A DNA stretch of 64,000 bases from an uncultured delta proteobacterium (lineage in GTDB: Bacteria; Desulfobacterota; Binatia; UBA9968). Both the position numbers and the translations under genes were made by a program. The stretch is taken from assembly GCA_963816145.1 (NCBI GenBank), contig CAWFJP010000003.1, forward strand, positions 640,001-704,000, written 5' to 3'. Shown here in pieces: positions 19,722 to 28,681 of this stretch. Under the pieces are notes generated by a model. That model made no database searches and was not told the DNA's origin. It worked only from the letters and a program-made list of their open reading frames with translations. Every line of letters starts with the position of its first letter. The stretch's first letter is position 1.

Positions 19722-20900
19722 TCACGGCTTGACGATCAGCGACGACTGCTGTTCTTTCTGCTGCGCTTCCTGTTGGGCTTTGAGCTGTGACATGAAAAAG
19801 ACAAAGCTCTTTTGCATCAAGCCGGTTAGAAATGAAACATCCAGCGGCCCGGGATCGCCCTCGCCGACTTGTTGCACCACCGCGAGCGCGAGTTTTGCCT
19901 GCTCCATGCGCTCGGTCTCGGCAAAGTAAAGCGCCATGTCCTCCATGCGCCGCTTGAAAGCCTGGCCGTGATCGCCGGCGCAGAGCGTCTTCACTGCGTC
20001 GCGCACGACTCCGGCAAGTCGTTCTTCCTTTTGCACTTGATTCAGAATCAACGGGCTTGACTGCGCTTCATGCAGCGCCGCCAGGCAGTCCTGCACCCAC
20101 TCGTCGATGATGACCCAATAGCGCAGCTCCGGCTCTTCGAGTAGCCGGCGCGACTGTTCGCGCCACGGGCCGTCGCGAAAGTCGCCGGTGCCGAGTTTTT
20201 CATAGACCGGGTGGGTGACAGCCTTTGGCTTGCCGGTGCCGAGCACCGAGCGGATCGCATGAAAATCCTCCAGTCCGCTTTGACCGCGCGCCTTGGCCTT
20301 TTCATAGGCTTCGTAAACGATCCAGTCGGCGAATTCCCATGGAATGGCGATCATGCTGACGCCATGCTGCTGTTTGATATCGTCGGCCATGGCGCGCAAT
20401 TCTTTGCGCTTCATCTGCACGCCGCCGAAGCGCAAGAGACCTTCGCGGTCATGCACCATGGCTTGAATCACCTGCAAGCCGTGGTTGGTCTGGGGCTTGG
20501 CGATCCAAATCAGCCGTCCGCCGCCGCCATCGACGGCGGACATATATGCCTCGATCTGGTTTTCTCGCTCGAACAGCGGCCCGAGCTTTTTCTCAGCTGC
20601 TGGCTCCGGTGGCACCACGACACCTTTTTGACTGAGCTTGAAGAGCGAGCGCTTGATTTCTTTTTTTAGTTCTTTGTCGGCGCTGCCTCGATCGAACTCG
20701 CGCAATTGCTCCGCTGCTTCCGCGGTGGCGATCTTGCCAAGCAAGAATACCGCCGCCAGATCCATTTCCGGTGATCTGCGCCACACCTCGCGCAGCGCCG
20801 GGATTGAAGCCACGCTCGGCGCCTCAACAGCGATACCGGCGACGGCGAGCGCGGCGAGCCCGTTCTTCAACTGCTCGTCATGGAAATCCTGTTTTGCCAA
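19722..20900 (-). CDS. Hypothetical protein with a helical-repeat-like N-terminus
   Basis: 392-aa ORF with GC-rich codon usage; TTG start preceded by GAGGAAGG; no family recognised. Confidence 0.7.
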   Translation of the reverse strand: MAKQDFHDEQLKNGLAALAVAGIAVEAPSVASIPALREVWRRSPEMDLAAVFLLGKIATAEAAEQLREFDRGSADKELKKEIKRSLFKLSQKGVVVPPEPAAEKKLGPLFERENQIEAYMSAVDGGGGRLIWIAKPQTNHGLQVIQAMVHDREGLLRFGGVQMKRKELRAMADDIKQQHGVSMIAIPWEFADWIVYEAYEKAKARGQSGLEDFHAIRSVLGTGKPKAVTHPVYEKLGTGDFRDGPWREQSRRLLEEPELRYWVIIDEWVQDCLAALHEAQSSPLILNQVQKEERLAGVVRDAVKTLCAGDHGQAFKRRMEDMALYFAETERMEQAKLALAVVQQVGEGDPGPLDVSFLTGLMQKSFVFFMSQLKAQQEAQQKEQQSSLIVKP

Positions 20901-21144
20901 GCGCCTATCCTTCCTCTGTCAGATGGGCATAGTGATGTCACAATCCAGGCCACTTTCCAATAATCCACTGTGCCGTCAAGCATCTCCCAGCAGATCCGGG
21001 TTCGGCACTGAAAGCGGGTCGCCAGGATTTCAAAAAGCTTTGGTTTATCGCACATCTCCACTGGCCAATCGACATCGGCACCTTGACTTACGCCGGCATG
21101 CCAGCTAAGTCATTTAGTTGATTTTGGATTAGGAGGCAGAAATT

Positions 21145-21927
21145 ATGGCAATGATTGAATCGCGGATCGACAACGGCATCGCAGTCTTGGAAATCAACCG
21201 CCCGCCGGTTAACAGCTACACCACGGAACTACTCAAAGAGTTGGACGCGGCGGTGCTCGACGCGCGCTTCAACGACGATGTCCACGCCATCGTCATCACC
21301 GGCAAGGTCGAGAAGTTTTTTTCCGCCGGCGCCGACATCAACATGCTCTCGAGCAAGTCGCTTGGCTTCAAAAATAACTTCGCGCTGCACGGCCACGAAG
21401 TCCTCATGCGGTTGGAAAACACGCCGAAGATCATCATCGCCGCGATCAACGGCCATGCCGTCGGCGGCGGCTTGGAAATCGCCATGGCCTGCGACATCCG
21501 TATCGCCAAAAAGGAAGGCGGCCGCGTCGGTTTGGCGGAAATCAATTTAGGCGTCATGCCCGGCATGGGCGGCACCCAGCGCCTGCCGCGCTTGGTCGGC
21601 AAAGCGCGTGCAATGGAACTTTGCTTCACCGGCAAAACCATCGCCTTCGAAGAGGCGCTCGACATGGGCTTGGTCCATTACATCTACGACAAAGAAGGTT
21701 TCATGGACCAGGTGATGGATTATGCCCGCCAGTTCATCGTGCCCAATAAGAGCAGCCTGGCAGTGGGCAAAGTGAAACGTGCCATCACCACCGGCCTCGA
21801 ACTGTCGCTCCCCGAAGGCTTGGCCTTCGAGCGCGAGCTGTTGGCACAAACCTTCGGCAGCGAGGACGGCCAGGAAGGCGTCAAGGCCTATCTAGAAAAA
21901 AGAACAGCGCAATTTAAGGGAAGATAG
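21145..21927 (+). CDS. Enoyl-CoA hydratase/isomerase (crotonase) family
   Basis: FSAGADI, AINGHAVGGGLE and LAEINLGVMPGMGGTQRL motifs; both catalytic Glu present. Confidence 0.93.
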   Translation: MAMIESRIDNGIAVLEINRPPVNSYTTELLKELDAAVLDARFNDDVHAIVITGKVEKFFSAGADINMLSSKSLGFKNNFALHGHEVLMRLENTPKIIIAAINGHAVGGGLEIAMACDIRIAKKEGGRVGLAEINLGVMPGMGGTQRLPRLVGKARAMELCFTGKTIAFEEALDMGLVHYIYDKEGFMDQVMDYARQFIVPNKSSLAVGKVKRAITTGLELSLPEGLAFERELLAQTFGSEDGQEGVKAYLEKRTAQFKGR

Positions 21928-22010
21928 GCAAGGCAAAATTCAAAAGTAAAAAGGCAAAAGGCCTTCTCACCAAATAACTTTTTACTTTTTCCTTGTAACT
22001 TTTTACTTTC
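21927..22010. repeat. Inverted heptamer micro-repeat (AAAAGGC/AAAAGTA vs TACTTTT)
   Basis: ggcaaaattcaaaagtaaaaaggcaaaag ... cttttacttttccttgtaactttttacttt. Confidence 0.7.
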
Positions 22011-22024
22011 ATGGAGGTTAGGTA

Positions 22025-23488
22025 ATGGCCAAGATGTTTATCGGCGGCGAGTCCGTCGATTCGGTAACCAAGAACACTAGCGAAGTCCGTAATCCCGCTA
22101 CTGGCGCAACGGTCGACACTGTGCCGCAGGGCAATGACAAAGACGTGCAACACGCGATTTCCGCCGCCGAAGACGCTTTCAAAGTTTGGTCCGATGTTTC
22201 GCCCGAAGATCGCGGCAATGCATTGATGAATGCCGGCGAGTTGATCAAGAAAAACACCGCTGAGATCGCCCAACTGCTCACCCAAGAACAGGGCAAGACG
22301 CTGTTCGAAGCAGGTTTGGAAATTCACCATCTCGTGCATGGGCTGGAGTTCTACGCCGGTCTTGCGTCCAAAGTGCGCGGCTCCCATGTGCCGCTGCCGC
22401 AAAAGAACGCCTACGGCATGGTCGTGCGCCAGCCGATCGGCGTGTGCGGCGGCATCGTGCCATGGAATTTCCCGCTGACTTTGATGGGCACGAAGCTAGG
22501 TCCGGCGTTAGCCGCCGGCAACACGATCATCATCAAGCCGGCCAGCACCACGCCACTGGCGACGATCAAAGTCATCGAGCTCATCGCCCAGGCGACCTTC
22601 GGCGAAGGTAAAGCGCAGAAGCAATTGCCGAAGGGCACGGTCAATATCGTCACCGGTCCGGGCGGCAGCGTCGGTGAAGAACTGCTGCGCAATCCGCGGG
22701 TTCGCCGTATCGCTTTCACCGGCTCGACCCCGGTGGGCCGCCATGTCATGGAAGTTGCCGGCCGGGAAATCAAGCGGGTTACCCTGGAGTTGGGCGGCAG
22801 CGATCCGATGATCGTCATGGAAGACGCCAACGTCGATTTGGCGGTGAAGATGGCCGATGTCGGCCGCTACTTTAATTGCGGCCAGATGTGCTTAGGCGTT
22901 AAGCGTTTGTTCCTGCAAGAATCCATCGCCGACAATTTCATCGGCGGCCTGGTGGAGATCTTGAAGAAGAAAACCGTCGGCAACGGCATGAGTAAAGAAA
23001 CCCGCATGGGGCCGATCCATGTCGGCTCGCAGCGCCAAGAAGTCGAAGAACAGGTCGAAGACGCTAAAGCGCGCGGCGGCAAAGTGTTGTTCGGCGGCGA
23101 ACGCCCCAAGGGCGCCGAGTTCGACAACGGCTTTTTCTATCTGCCGACGCTGATGACCAACGTGCCCGAAGACTCGCGTTTGACCAAGGAAGAAGTCTTC
23201 GGTCCCGCGCTGCCGGTTTACACCTTCAAGACCCTCGACGAAGCGTTGGAGAAAGCCAATTCATCCGAGTTCGGCCTCGGCTCATCGATCTGGACGCGCA
23301 ACTTGCTGCACGCCAACAAAGCGATCGACAAACTCCAGGCCGGCAACGTCTGGGTCAACTCGCTGCACTACGGCTACGACGAGCTGCCCTTCGGCGGCGT
23401 CAAGTCGAGCGGCGTCGGCCGTGAGCATGGACCCGAAGCGCTCGATTACTACCTCGAGCCTAAGGGCGTTGTCGTCGTCAACATCTGA
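22025..23488 (+). CDS. NAD(P)-dependent aldehyde dehydrogenase
   Basis: PWNFP, FTGST, LELGG, NCGQMC, EEVFGP and PFGGVKSSG motifs. Confidence 0.95.
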   Translation: MAKMFIGGESVDSVTKNTSEVRNPATGATVDTVPQGNDKDVQHAISAAEDAFKVWSDVSPEDRGNALMNAGELIKKNTAEIAQLLTQEQGKTLFEAGLEIHHLVHGLEFYAGLASKVRGSHVPLPQKNAYGMVVRQPIGVCGGIVPWNFPLTLMGTKLGPALAAGNTIIIKPASTTPLATIKVIELIAQATFGEGKAQKQLPKGTVNIVTGPGGSVGEELLRNPRVRRIAFTGSTPVGRHVMEVAGREIKRVTLELGGSDPMIVMEDANVDLAVKMADVGRYFNCGQMCLGVKRLFLQESIADNFIGGLVEILKKKTVGNGMSKETRMGPIHVGSQRQEVEEQVEDAKARGGKVLFGGERPKGAEFDNGFFYLPTLMTNVPEDSRLTKEEVFGPALPVYTFKTLDEALEKANSSEFGLGSSIWTRNLLHANKAIDKLQAGNVWVNSLHYGYDELPFGGVKSSGVGREHGPEALDYYLEPKGVVVVNI

Positions 23489-23497
23489 AGCTCAGTT

Positions 23498-23572
23498 GGA
23501 GTGATGGAGCATTGGAGTAATGGGTCGATTCCGAAAACCCCAACACTCCGGTTCTCCATCACTCATTACTCC
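23498..23572. repeat. Inverted octamer micro-repeat (GGAGTRAT / ATYACTCC)
   Basis: ggagtgatggagcattggagtaatggg ... caacactcc..ccatcactcattactcc. Confidence 0.75.
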
Positions 23573-23643
23573 CCTTTTAGGTTGACAAGTTGCTCATCCT
23601 TCAACTACGTTAGCGATATCTAATCCGCGCAAAGGAGCCCGCT

Positions 23644-24441
23644 ATGTTCGCACAATTGAGACACATGGCTATCGTCACCAGTAACGCCAATCATGAGGGT
23701 GATTTCTACCGTGATATTTTTGGCATGAAGCGCTCAGGTATAACGCGAGCAGGCGGCGCCGTCGTCTGTCACGACGGTTACGTCGGATTGAACTTGAATC
23801 CGCGGGCACCGGGACGGCAGGCAGGCTTTGACCATTTCGGCTTCGAGGTCCAAGACACCGAGGTCGTCTTCGCCCGGCTCAAGGACAACTATCCGAAGAT
23901 CCAAGTGCTGCATCGGCCGAGCAATCGTCCCTTCGCCGGCATCAGTATGCACGATCCCAACGGCAACGTCTTCGATCTGTCCCAGCTGAACATGGAAAAT
24001 CGCCGGGACCTTTATACCGACAAAGTTGAAGAGCGCAAACGGCGAGTCGGCCACATCGGGCTGCGCTGCGTCGACCCGGATCTGTGCGGCGAATTCTATC
24101 GCGATGTATTCGAGCTGACAGAACTTGAGAAGCCCAATGGCGACCCCAACCACTACCTTTCCGACGGCAAAGTGACCTTAGCGGTAATGCCCTGGAAGAT
24201 TTCCGATTTCTCTGGCTCCGGCATCGAACGCCCCGCTCTCGACCATATCGGCTTCAAGGTTGAAAGCCTGGCAGCGTTCAAAGCCGATATCGCGAAGCAC
24301 GCGCAAGAATACACCGTGGACGAAAACCGCCCGGAGAAAAATCCCGAACGTGAAGTACGGCAGAAATTGCTGGCGACTTGCTGCTTCGGGCAGTATCAGA
24401 TGTCTGACCCGGATGGCGTGCTCATCGACGTATCGGAATAG
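23644..24441 (+). CDS. Two-domain VOC (glyoxalase/dioxygenase) family protein
   Basis: LRHMAI, FDHFGFEV, DPNGN, GHIG, LDHIGFKV and DPDG motifs. Confidence 0.88.
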   Translation: MFAQLRHMAIVTSNANHEGDFYRDIFGMKRSGITRAGGAVVCHDGYVGLNLNPRAPGRQAGFDHFGFEVQDTEVVFARLKDNYPKIQVLHRPSNRPFAGISMHDPNGNVFDLSQLNMENRRDLYTDKVEERKRRVGHIGLRCVDPDLCGEFYRDVFELTELEKPNGDPNHYLSDGKVTLAVMPWKISDFSGSGIERPALDHIGFKVESLAAFKADIAKHAQEYTVDENRPEKNPEREVRQKLLATCCFGQYQMSDPDGVLIDVSE

Positions 24442-24466
24442 TTAGAATCGATTCAGCGTGAATAGC

Positions 24467-24503
24467 AAAGGGCAACCGTCGAGAGACGGTTGCCTTTTTT
24501 ATT
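24467..24503. terminator. Rho-independent terminator, probably bidirectional
   Basis: aaagggcaaccgtc-gaga-gacggttgcctttttttattt between convergent genes. Confidence 0.85.
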
Positions 24504-24525
24504 TGGCGAATTTCCGGAATAGAGA

Positions 24526-25515
24526 TTAATGAACCCTCAAGGTCTTACTGAAACGTCCCGCGCCCAGTCCCAGCGCGATCACCACCAGAAAAAACAGCAG
24601 CGCAGGCAACTGCGCCGTAATAGGCGGCTCGACACCGGTCACCGCGACCAACTGTTCGGTGCGCAGTGGTTCTTGGCCGGCGACCTCAGCCAGCGAATTC
24701 ACCCGATACTCCGCCCCATCCGGGAAATGGAAATCCACAAGGTAGTCCTTGTCCACCGGCACCTTGTCGATGGCAAAAACCGTCTTTTGTTTTTCCAGAT
24801 GCGTGATGGTTAACGAGAGCAATGTCATCGCTTTGCCGTTATCCGGTGCACGCCAGCGCAGCCGAGTTGGCTTGCCAACGGTAGCGGCATCGATTTCCAG
24901 TGCCGTAGACGGAATTCCCACCTTTTCACCCGACGAGGGCCCGTCATGAGCGCTAACCATGCTGACAACGCCCAAAAACAATAGCAGCCATGACATTGTC
25001 GCCGCTGGCGGGATTGTCGTAAAGATCCGGCCGGCGGCAAAACCAAAAACAAACAGCCCAGCGCAAAACAATCCGAGCCAGAACCACTTCGTCGGATTTT
25101 CTAGAATTGGAATGACAAAGTTCTTGGTGCTAGCCTTGCCATCGGCGCCGACCAGGTTCACCGACAACCGATAGTCGCCGCGGATCGGAAATAGATATTT
25201 CCAGCCGGCGCGTCCTTGGCGCAGCGGCAAGACCAATTCGAGCAAGCGGCTGCTTTCCACTAATGGAAAATCGCTGGACAAAAAAGCTCCCGACTTTGGC
25301 GCATCAAGGACAATAGCGACGCTGCCTTGCTCGACCGGCCGACCGTCAGCGTGGGTAACCAGGAGGGAAATATTGACCGGGTCAGCGAAGGGCCGCAGCA
25401 GCCCCAGCGCCGGCGAAGTCTTTAGATAAATATTTAATTCCTCAGCCCTAGCGGCCACGCCGAGGAGTAAGACGCATGAGAAACAGAAGACAGCGAAAAG
25501 CGCTCTTAGTGACAA
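24526..25515 (-). CDS. Exported, membrane-anchored two-domain hypothetical protein, coupled to the CbtB-like gene
   Basis: Signal peptide ending ARA, two beta-rich domains (FPIRGDY / FPDGAEY) each followed by TM helices; probable TTG start overlapping the CbtB stop. Confidence 0.65.
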   Translation of the reverse strand: MSLRALFAVFCFSCVLLLGVAARAEELNIYLKTSPALGLLRPFADPVNISLLVTHADGRPVEQGSVAIVLDAPKSGAFLSSDFPLVESSRLLELVLPLRQGRAGWKYLFPIRGDYRLSVNLVGADGKASTKNFVIPILENPTKWFWLGLFCAGLFVFGFAAGRIFTTIPPAATMSWLLLFLGVVSMVSAHDGPSSGEKVGIPSTALEIDAATVGKPTRLRWRAPDNGKAMTLLSLTITHLEKQKTVFAIDKVPVDKDYLVDFHFPDGAEYRVNSLAEVAGQEPLRTEQLVAVTGVEPPITAQLPALLFFLVVIALGLGAGRFSKTLRVH

Positions 25516-25694
25516 GGAACTACGGCAAGCGCGTGGCGGACATTGTGCAGGGTATCGTGAACCGCGGGATAGCTCGACGCCAAAGCAACAAACAACGTCG
25601 CGCCGCAAAGCGAAAGAAAGATTCCCGACTTGAGCAGGAACGAGAGCCTCTCCGATAGCGAAAAACCCAACCAGCTAACCAGCGTTCTTTCCAT
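25506..25694 (-). CDS. cbtB: CbtB-like small His-rich membrane peptide (putative cobalt/metal transporter subunit)
   Basis: One TM helix, then HDTLHNVRHALAVVPCH matching the CbtB pattern HDxxHDxRH..xPCH; GGAG RBS. Confidence 0.8.
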   Translation of the reverse strand: MERTLVSWLGFSLSERLSFLLKSGIFLSLCGATLFVALASSYPAVHDTLHNVRHALAVVPCH

Positions 25695-25706
25695 GATTTC
25701 GCTCCG

Positions 25707-25752
25707 ATGGTGAATTCATCACATCATCCTCCCAACCACTCGTCGCTGTCAA
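25707..25752 (-). promoter_or_regulatory. Putative promoter and palindromic operator upstream of the cbtB-like gene
   Basis: Minus strand TTGACA-18 bp-GATGAT, followed by the dyad GTGATGAATTCACCAT. Confidence 0.4.
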
Positions 25753-25832
25753 GCAGACCGGTGAAACTTTTCAGTTGCCTTTCAGCGCGCGCTTGAATAT
25801 GGCTAACTCAATCAACCCACAGGGAGGTTCCC

Positions 25833-26018
25833 ATGCCTGTCGTCCATATCTATATGTTTCCCGGCAAGACCAAGGAGCAGAAAAACGAATTGGTCAAACG
25901 CATCTCCAAGGACTTCGCCGAGGTCGCCAACATCAAGCCCGAGTCGCTAAACATCCTGTTTCACGATACCGGCAAAGAAGATTGGGGGGTGCGCGGCTCC
26001 CTGGCGTCCGAACAATAA
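25833..26018 (+). CDS. 4-oxalocrotonate tautomerase family protein
   Basis: Catalytic Pro1 (MPVVHI), G.TKEQK and WG.RG motifs; GGAGG RBS. Confidence 0.9.
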   Translation: MPVVHIYMFPGKTKEQKNELVKRISKDFAEVANIKPESLNILFHDTGKEDWGVRGSLASEQ

Positions 26019-26074
26019 GCTAAGCCGAAGCTGACTTAAGGACGTATTGTACACGCGAGGATTTTGCAGCGGCC

Positions 26075-26809
26075 ATGCCTCAAACCACACCCATCAAAAT
26101 CGGCTTTCTCGGCTCCAGCGCACCGTCGAGTCCGCACCACGCGAGCTTCAAGAAATTCATACCCCGCGATATCGAATTTAGCTTCGTGCAAGAGTCTGGT
26201 GAAAAAACTTCACTTTACGATGCCCAAGGCAAAGTCGACGCATTGATCGAACAGTCGCGCCAGCTGATTGAAGCTAACGGCTGGCGCGGCCTGATCATCA
26301 GCGGCGCGCCCAAAGAAGCGCTCAATCCTGGCATGTGGGAGCAGGTCTCCGAGGCATTGAGCATACCGGTCACGCTCGCCCTGCGTTCCTCTGTAGCGGC
26401 GCTCAAAGCCTTCTCGGCGCGCAAAATCTTGCTCATGACACCGGTGGACGATCGCTTGAAGAAAATGTACCACGACTACCTTGCCGGCTTTGGTATCGAG
26501 TCCTTCTACCCTCCGCAAATTCTCCGCGCCCACACCGACGCGCAAAAGCTCACGTCGAGCGATGTCGAAGAAATGACGCGAAAAGCCTTGAGGGAATACC
26601 CCAACGTCGACGCCATCTACTTCCAAGGCGCCCTGCTCGATCCGATCCCGATTCTCGACAAGCTGGAAACGGAGTTGCAAATGCCGATCGTTGCCAGCAA
26701 TCCGGCGATGCTCTGGCTGGTCCTGTCCAAGCTCGGCCTGAACTACCGCATCGAAGGTTACGGCAAGCTGCTCAAATCATGGCCGGACCCGCCGGCGGGA
26801 CCGTTTTAG
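26075..26809 (+). CDS. Asp/Glu/hydantoin racemase - maleate isomerase - arylmalonate decarboxylase superfamily protein lacking Cys
   Basis: ALKAFSARKILLMTP, DAIYF, LETELQMPIVASNPAMLW and GYGKLL motifs. Confidence 0.8.
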   Translation: MPQTTPIKIGFLGSSAPSSPHHASFKKFIPRDIEFSFVQESGEKTSLYDAQGKVDALIEQSRQLIEANGWRGLIISGAPKEALNPGMWEQVSEALSIPVTLALRSSVAALKAFSARKILLMTPVDDRLKKMYHDYLAGFGIESFYPPQILRAHTDAQKLTSSDVEEMTRKALREYPNVDAIYFQGALLDPIPILDKLETELQMPIVASNPAMLWLVLSKLGLNYRIEGYGKLLKSWPDPPAGPF

Positions 26810-26820
26810 TTAAGAATGTC

Positions 26821-26898
26821 TCCCGCAAAGGCGCAAAGCGCGCAAAGCAAGAATAATTAACTAACTCCGAACTTAGCGAGCTGGGCGCCTTTGCGGGA
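26821..26898. repeat. CGCAAAG-type inverted repeat element
   Basis: tcccgcaaaggcgcaaagcgcgcaaag ... gcgcctttgcggga. Confidence 0.8.
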
Positions 26899-26944
26899 TA
26901 AATTATATTCTAAATCGCTTGCTTCTGATTAGATCGAAAAATAC

Positions 26945-27865
26945 ATGCAAACGATTCGCCTCGCCTACCGCGACCACGATCGCACGCCGGTTATCTACTG
27001 CATCAAGGCGATGGCCGAGCGCCACTACGGCGTCAATGTCGAAGTGCTTCACATCGAGCCGCAGCGTGCGTTTGAAGCAGCGTTGTTCGACCATGCTTGC
27101 GATGTGATCATCGAGCATATCGAATACCTCCACACCCAAGCCGCCAAAGGCAAGAAGACCACGCTGTTCTGCGCGCCGCAAATTCAGCGCGGCCTCAAGT
27201 TAGTGGTGCCGCAGTCGATCAATTCACTCGACGATCTCAAAGGCAAAACAATCGCCGTGCGCGATCTCGGCCGGCCGCATCGCATCGCTCTCTGGCTGCG
27301 CAAAGTAGGCCTGGAGAACTCGGTTAAAACCCTCATCGTCCCGGACCAAGAAGTCGGACGCTGGCGGCAGTGGCGCAAAGTCGTCAGCGGCGAATGCGCC
27401 GCCTGCTTCATAGCGCCGATTTATCTGCCCGCGGCGCTCGACGCCGGGCTCAAAACATTTCCCGCCAATGAAGCGGAGATCGTCAGTCTATTCGCCCAGG
27501 CCTGTCTCGCCGAGTTCGGCAGAAACAACTCGGCGTTGATGAAGGACTACCTAAAAGCTGTGATCCACGCCATCGGGTTGCTAATTTACCGGCGCGACGA
27601 AGCAATGAGCATTATCACTGCGGAACCGATGCGCCTGATGAAGATCACCGACTACAGCGAACTGCACCGCCAGGTTGATTCCATCGCCGAATTATTGCAG
27701 GTCAAACCCTACCCCACCATCGAAGCGATTCTGAACACCGACGAAATCGCCGCCCAGGAATACGGCCCCACGGTCGACAATCCGCTGACGCTCTGGGATC
27801 TGCACTGGTTAAAAGAATTAGATGACGAAGGTTTCATCGACGGTCTCGTGGCGAACCTTTTTTGA
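26945..27865 (+). CDS. SsuA/THI5-fold protein with no signal peptide
   Basis: DDLKGKTIAV, VKPYPT and WLKELDDEGFI motifs; in-frame stop at 26930-26932 rules out an N-terminal extension. Confidence 0.78.
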   Translation: MQTIRLAYRDHDRTPVIYCIKAMAERHYGVNVEVLHIEPQRAFEAALFDHACDVIIEHIEYLHTQAAKGKKTTLFCAPQIQRGLKLVVPQSINSLDDLKGKTIAVRDLGRPHRIALWLRKVGLENSVKTLIVPDQEVGRWRQWRKVVSGECAACFIAPIYLPAALDAGLKTFPANEAEIVSLFAQACLAEFGRNNSALMKDYLKAVIHAIGLLIYRRDEAMSIITAEPMRLMKITDYSELHRQVDSIAELLQVKPYPTIEAILNTDEIAAQEYGPTVDNPLTLWDLHWLKELDDEGFIDGLVANLF

Positions 27866-27890
27866 TGGCAAGGCATGCCTTGCCCAGACA
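27866..27890 (-). repeat. GTAG-type REP-like palindrome
   Basis: Perfect palindrome GGCAAGGCATGCCTTGCC. Confidence 0.55.
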
Positions 27891-27996
27891 ACGCCGGTCT
27901 CTGTCATTGCGCCCTTGCGTTCTTTGCGGCCAACTCTCCGAGTCCAAATATAATCCCTATGTGAACTTTGTGCCCTTTGTGGTTAAATTCCTCCGC

Positions 27997-28488
27997 ATGA
28001 AAAAGCTGTTCATCGTCTTTCATTCCATGACCGGCGGCACCTACCAGATGGCCCAGGCCGCCGCCAGCGGCGCCCAGAGCGAGCCCGACATCGCTGTGAA
28101 TCTTATCCACGCAGGTGAAGCTGGTGCCGACGAATTGCTACAAGCCGACGGCTACATCTTCGCCACGCCGGAGAATCTCGCCATGATGTCCGGTGTGATG
28201 AAGGATTTCTTCGATCGCACCTACTATCCGGTCCTCGACCGCATTGTCGGTCGCCCCTACGCGACGCTCATCTGCGCTGGGAGCGACGGCGAAAACGCCG
28301 CCCGGCAAATCCAGCGCATCGCTACCGGCTGGCGCCTCAAATCGATCGCCGAGCCGATCATCGTTTGCACATACGCCCAAACTCCGGATGAAATATTGGC
28401 AAAGAAACAGATCGGCGAATTCGACCTGCAGCGCTGCGAAGAGATCGGTGCTACGCTAGCGGCGGGATTGACCCTGGGAATTTACTGA
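27997..28488 (+). CDS. Flavodoxin / WrbA-like NAD(P)H-dependent FMN protein
   Basis: HSMTGGT, FATPEN...MSG.MKDFFDR and AGSDG motifs. Confidence 0.88.
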   Translation: MKKLFIVFHSMTGGTYQMAQAAASGAQSEPDIAVNLIHAGEAGADELLQADGYIFATPENLAMMSGVMKDFFDRTYYPVLDRIVGRPYATLICAGSDGENAARQIQRIATGWRLKSIAEPIIVCTYAQTPDEILAKKQIGEFDLQRCEEIGATLAAGLTLGIY

Positions 28489-28593
28489 CAACCCAAGCGA
28501 AATCTCGCTTGACAGCCATACCCTCGTTTGGTACCGGTCGCGATAAGGGATCGCCGGTAGCGTTGTCGAATTCAAATAAGTCGATCGGGCTCA

Positions 28594-28663
28594 TGGAACC
28601 TTTGGAACGACTGGAACCATTGGAACCAAGCGATCACCTTGTACGGATTGAACGATTGGAACC
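28594..28663 (+). repeat. Nonamer tandem repeat (TTGGAACNN)
   Basis: tggaacctt tggaacgac tggaaccat tggaacc ... ttgaacgat tggaacc. Confidence 0.8.
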
Positions 28664-28681
28664 CATTAATGTGGAGGAGCG

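Noticed and set aside
20940-21120. Possible ncRNA or riboswitch between divergent genes
   Set aside because: No recognisable conserved RNA motif; divergent promoters explain the gap.
25695-25830. Cobalamin riboswitch upstream of the cbtB-like gene
   Set aside because: The gap is short and I could not find B12-box or GGGAA core motifs; an Rfam scan would settle it.
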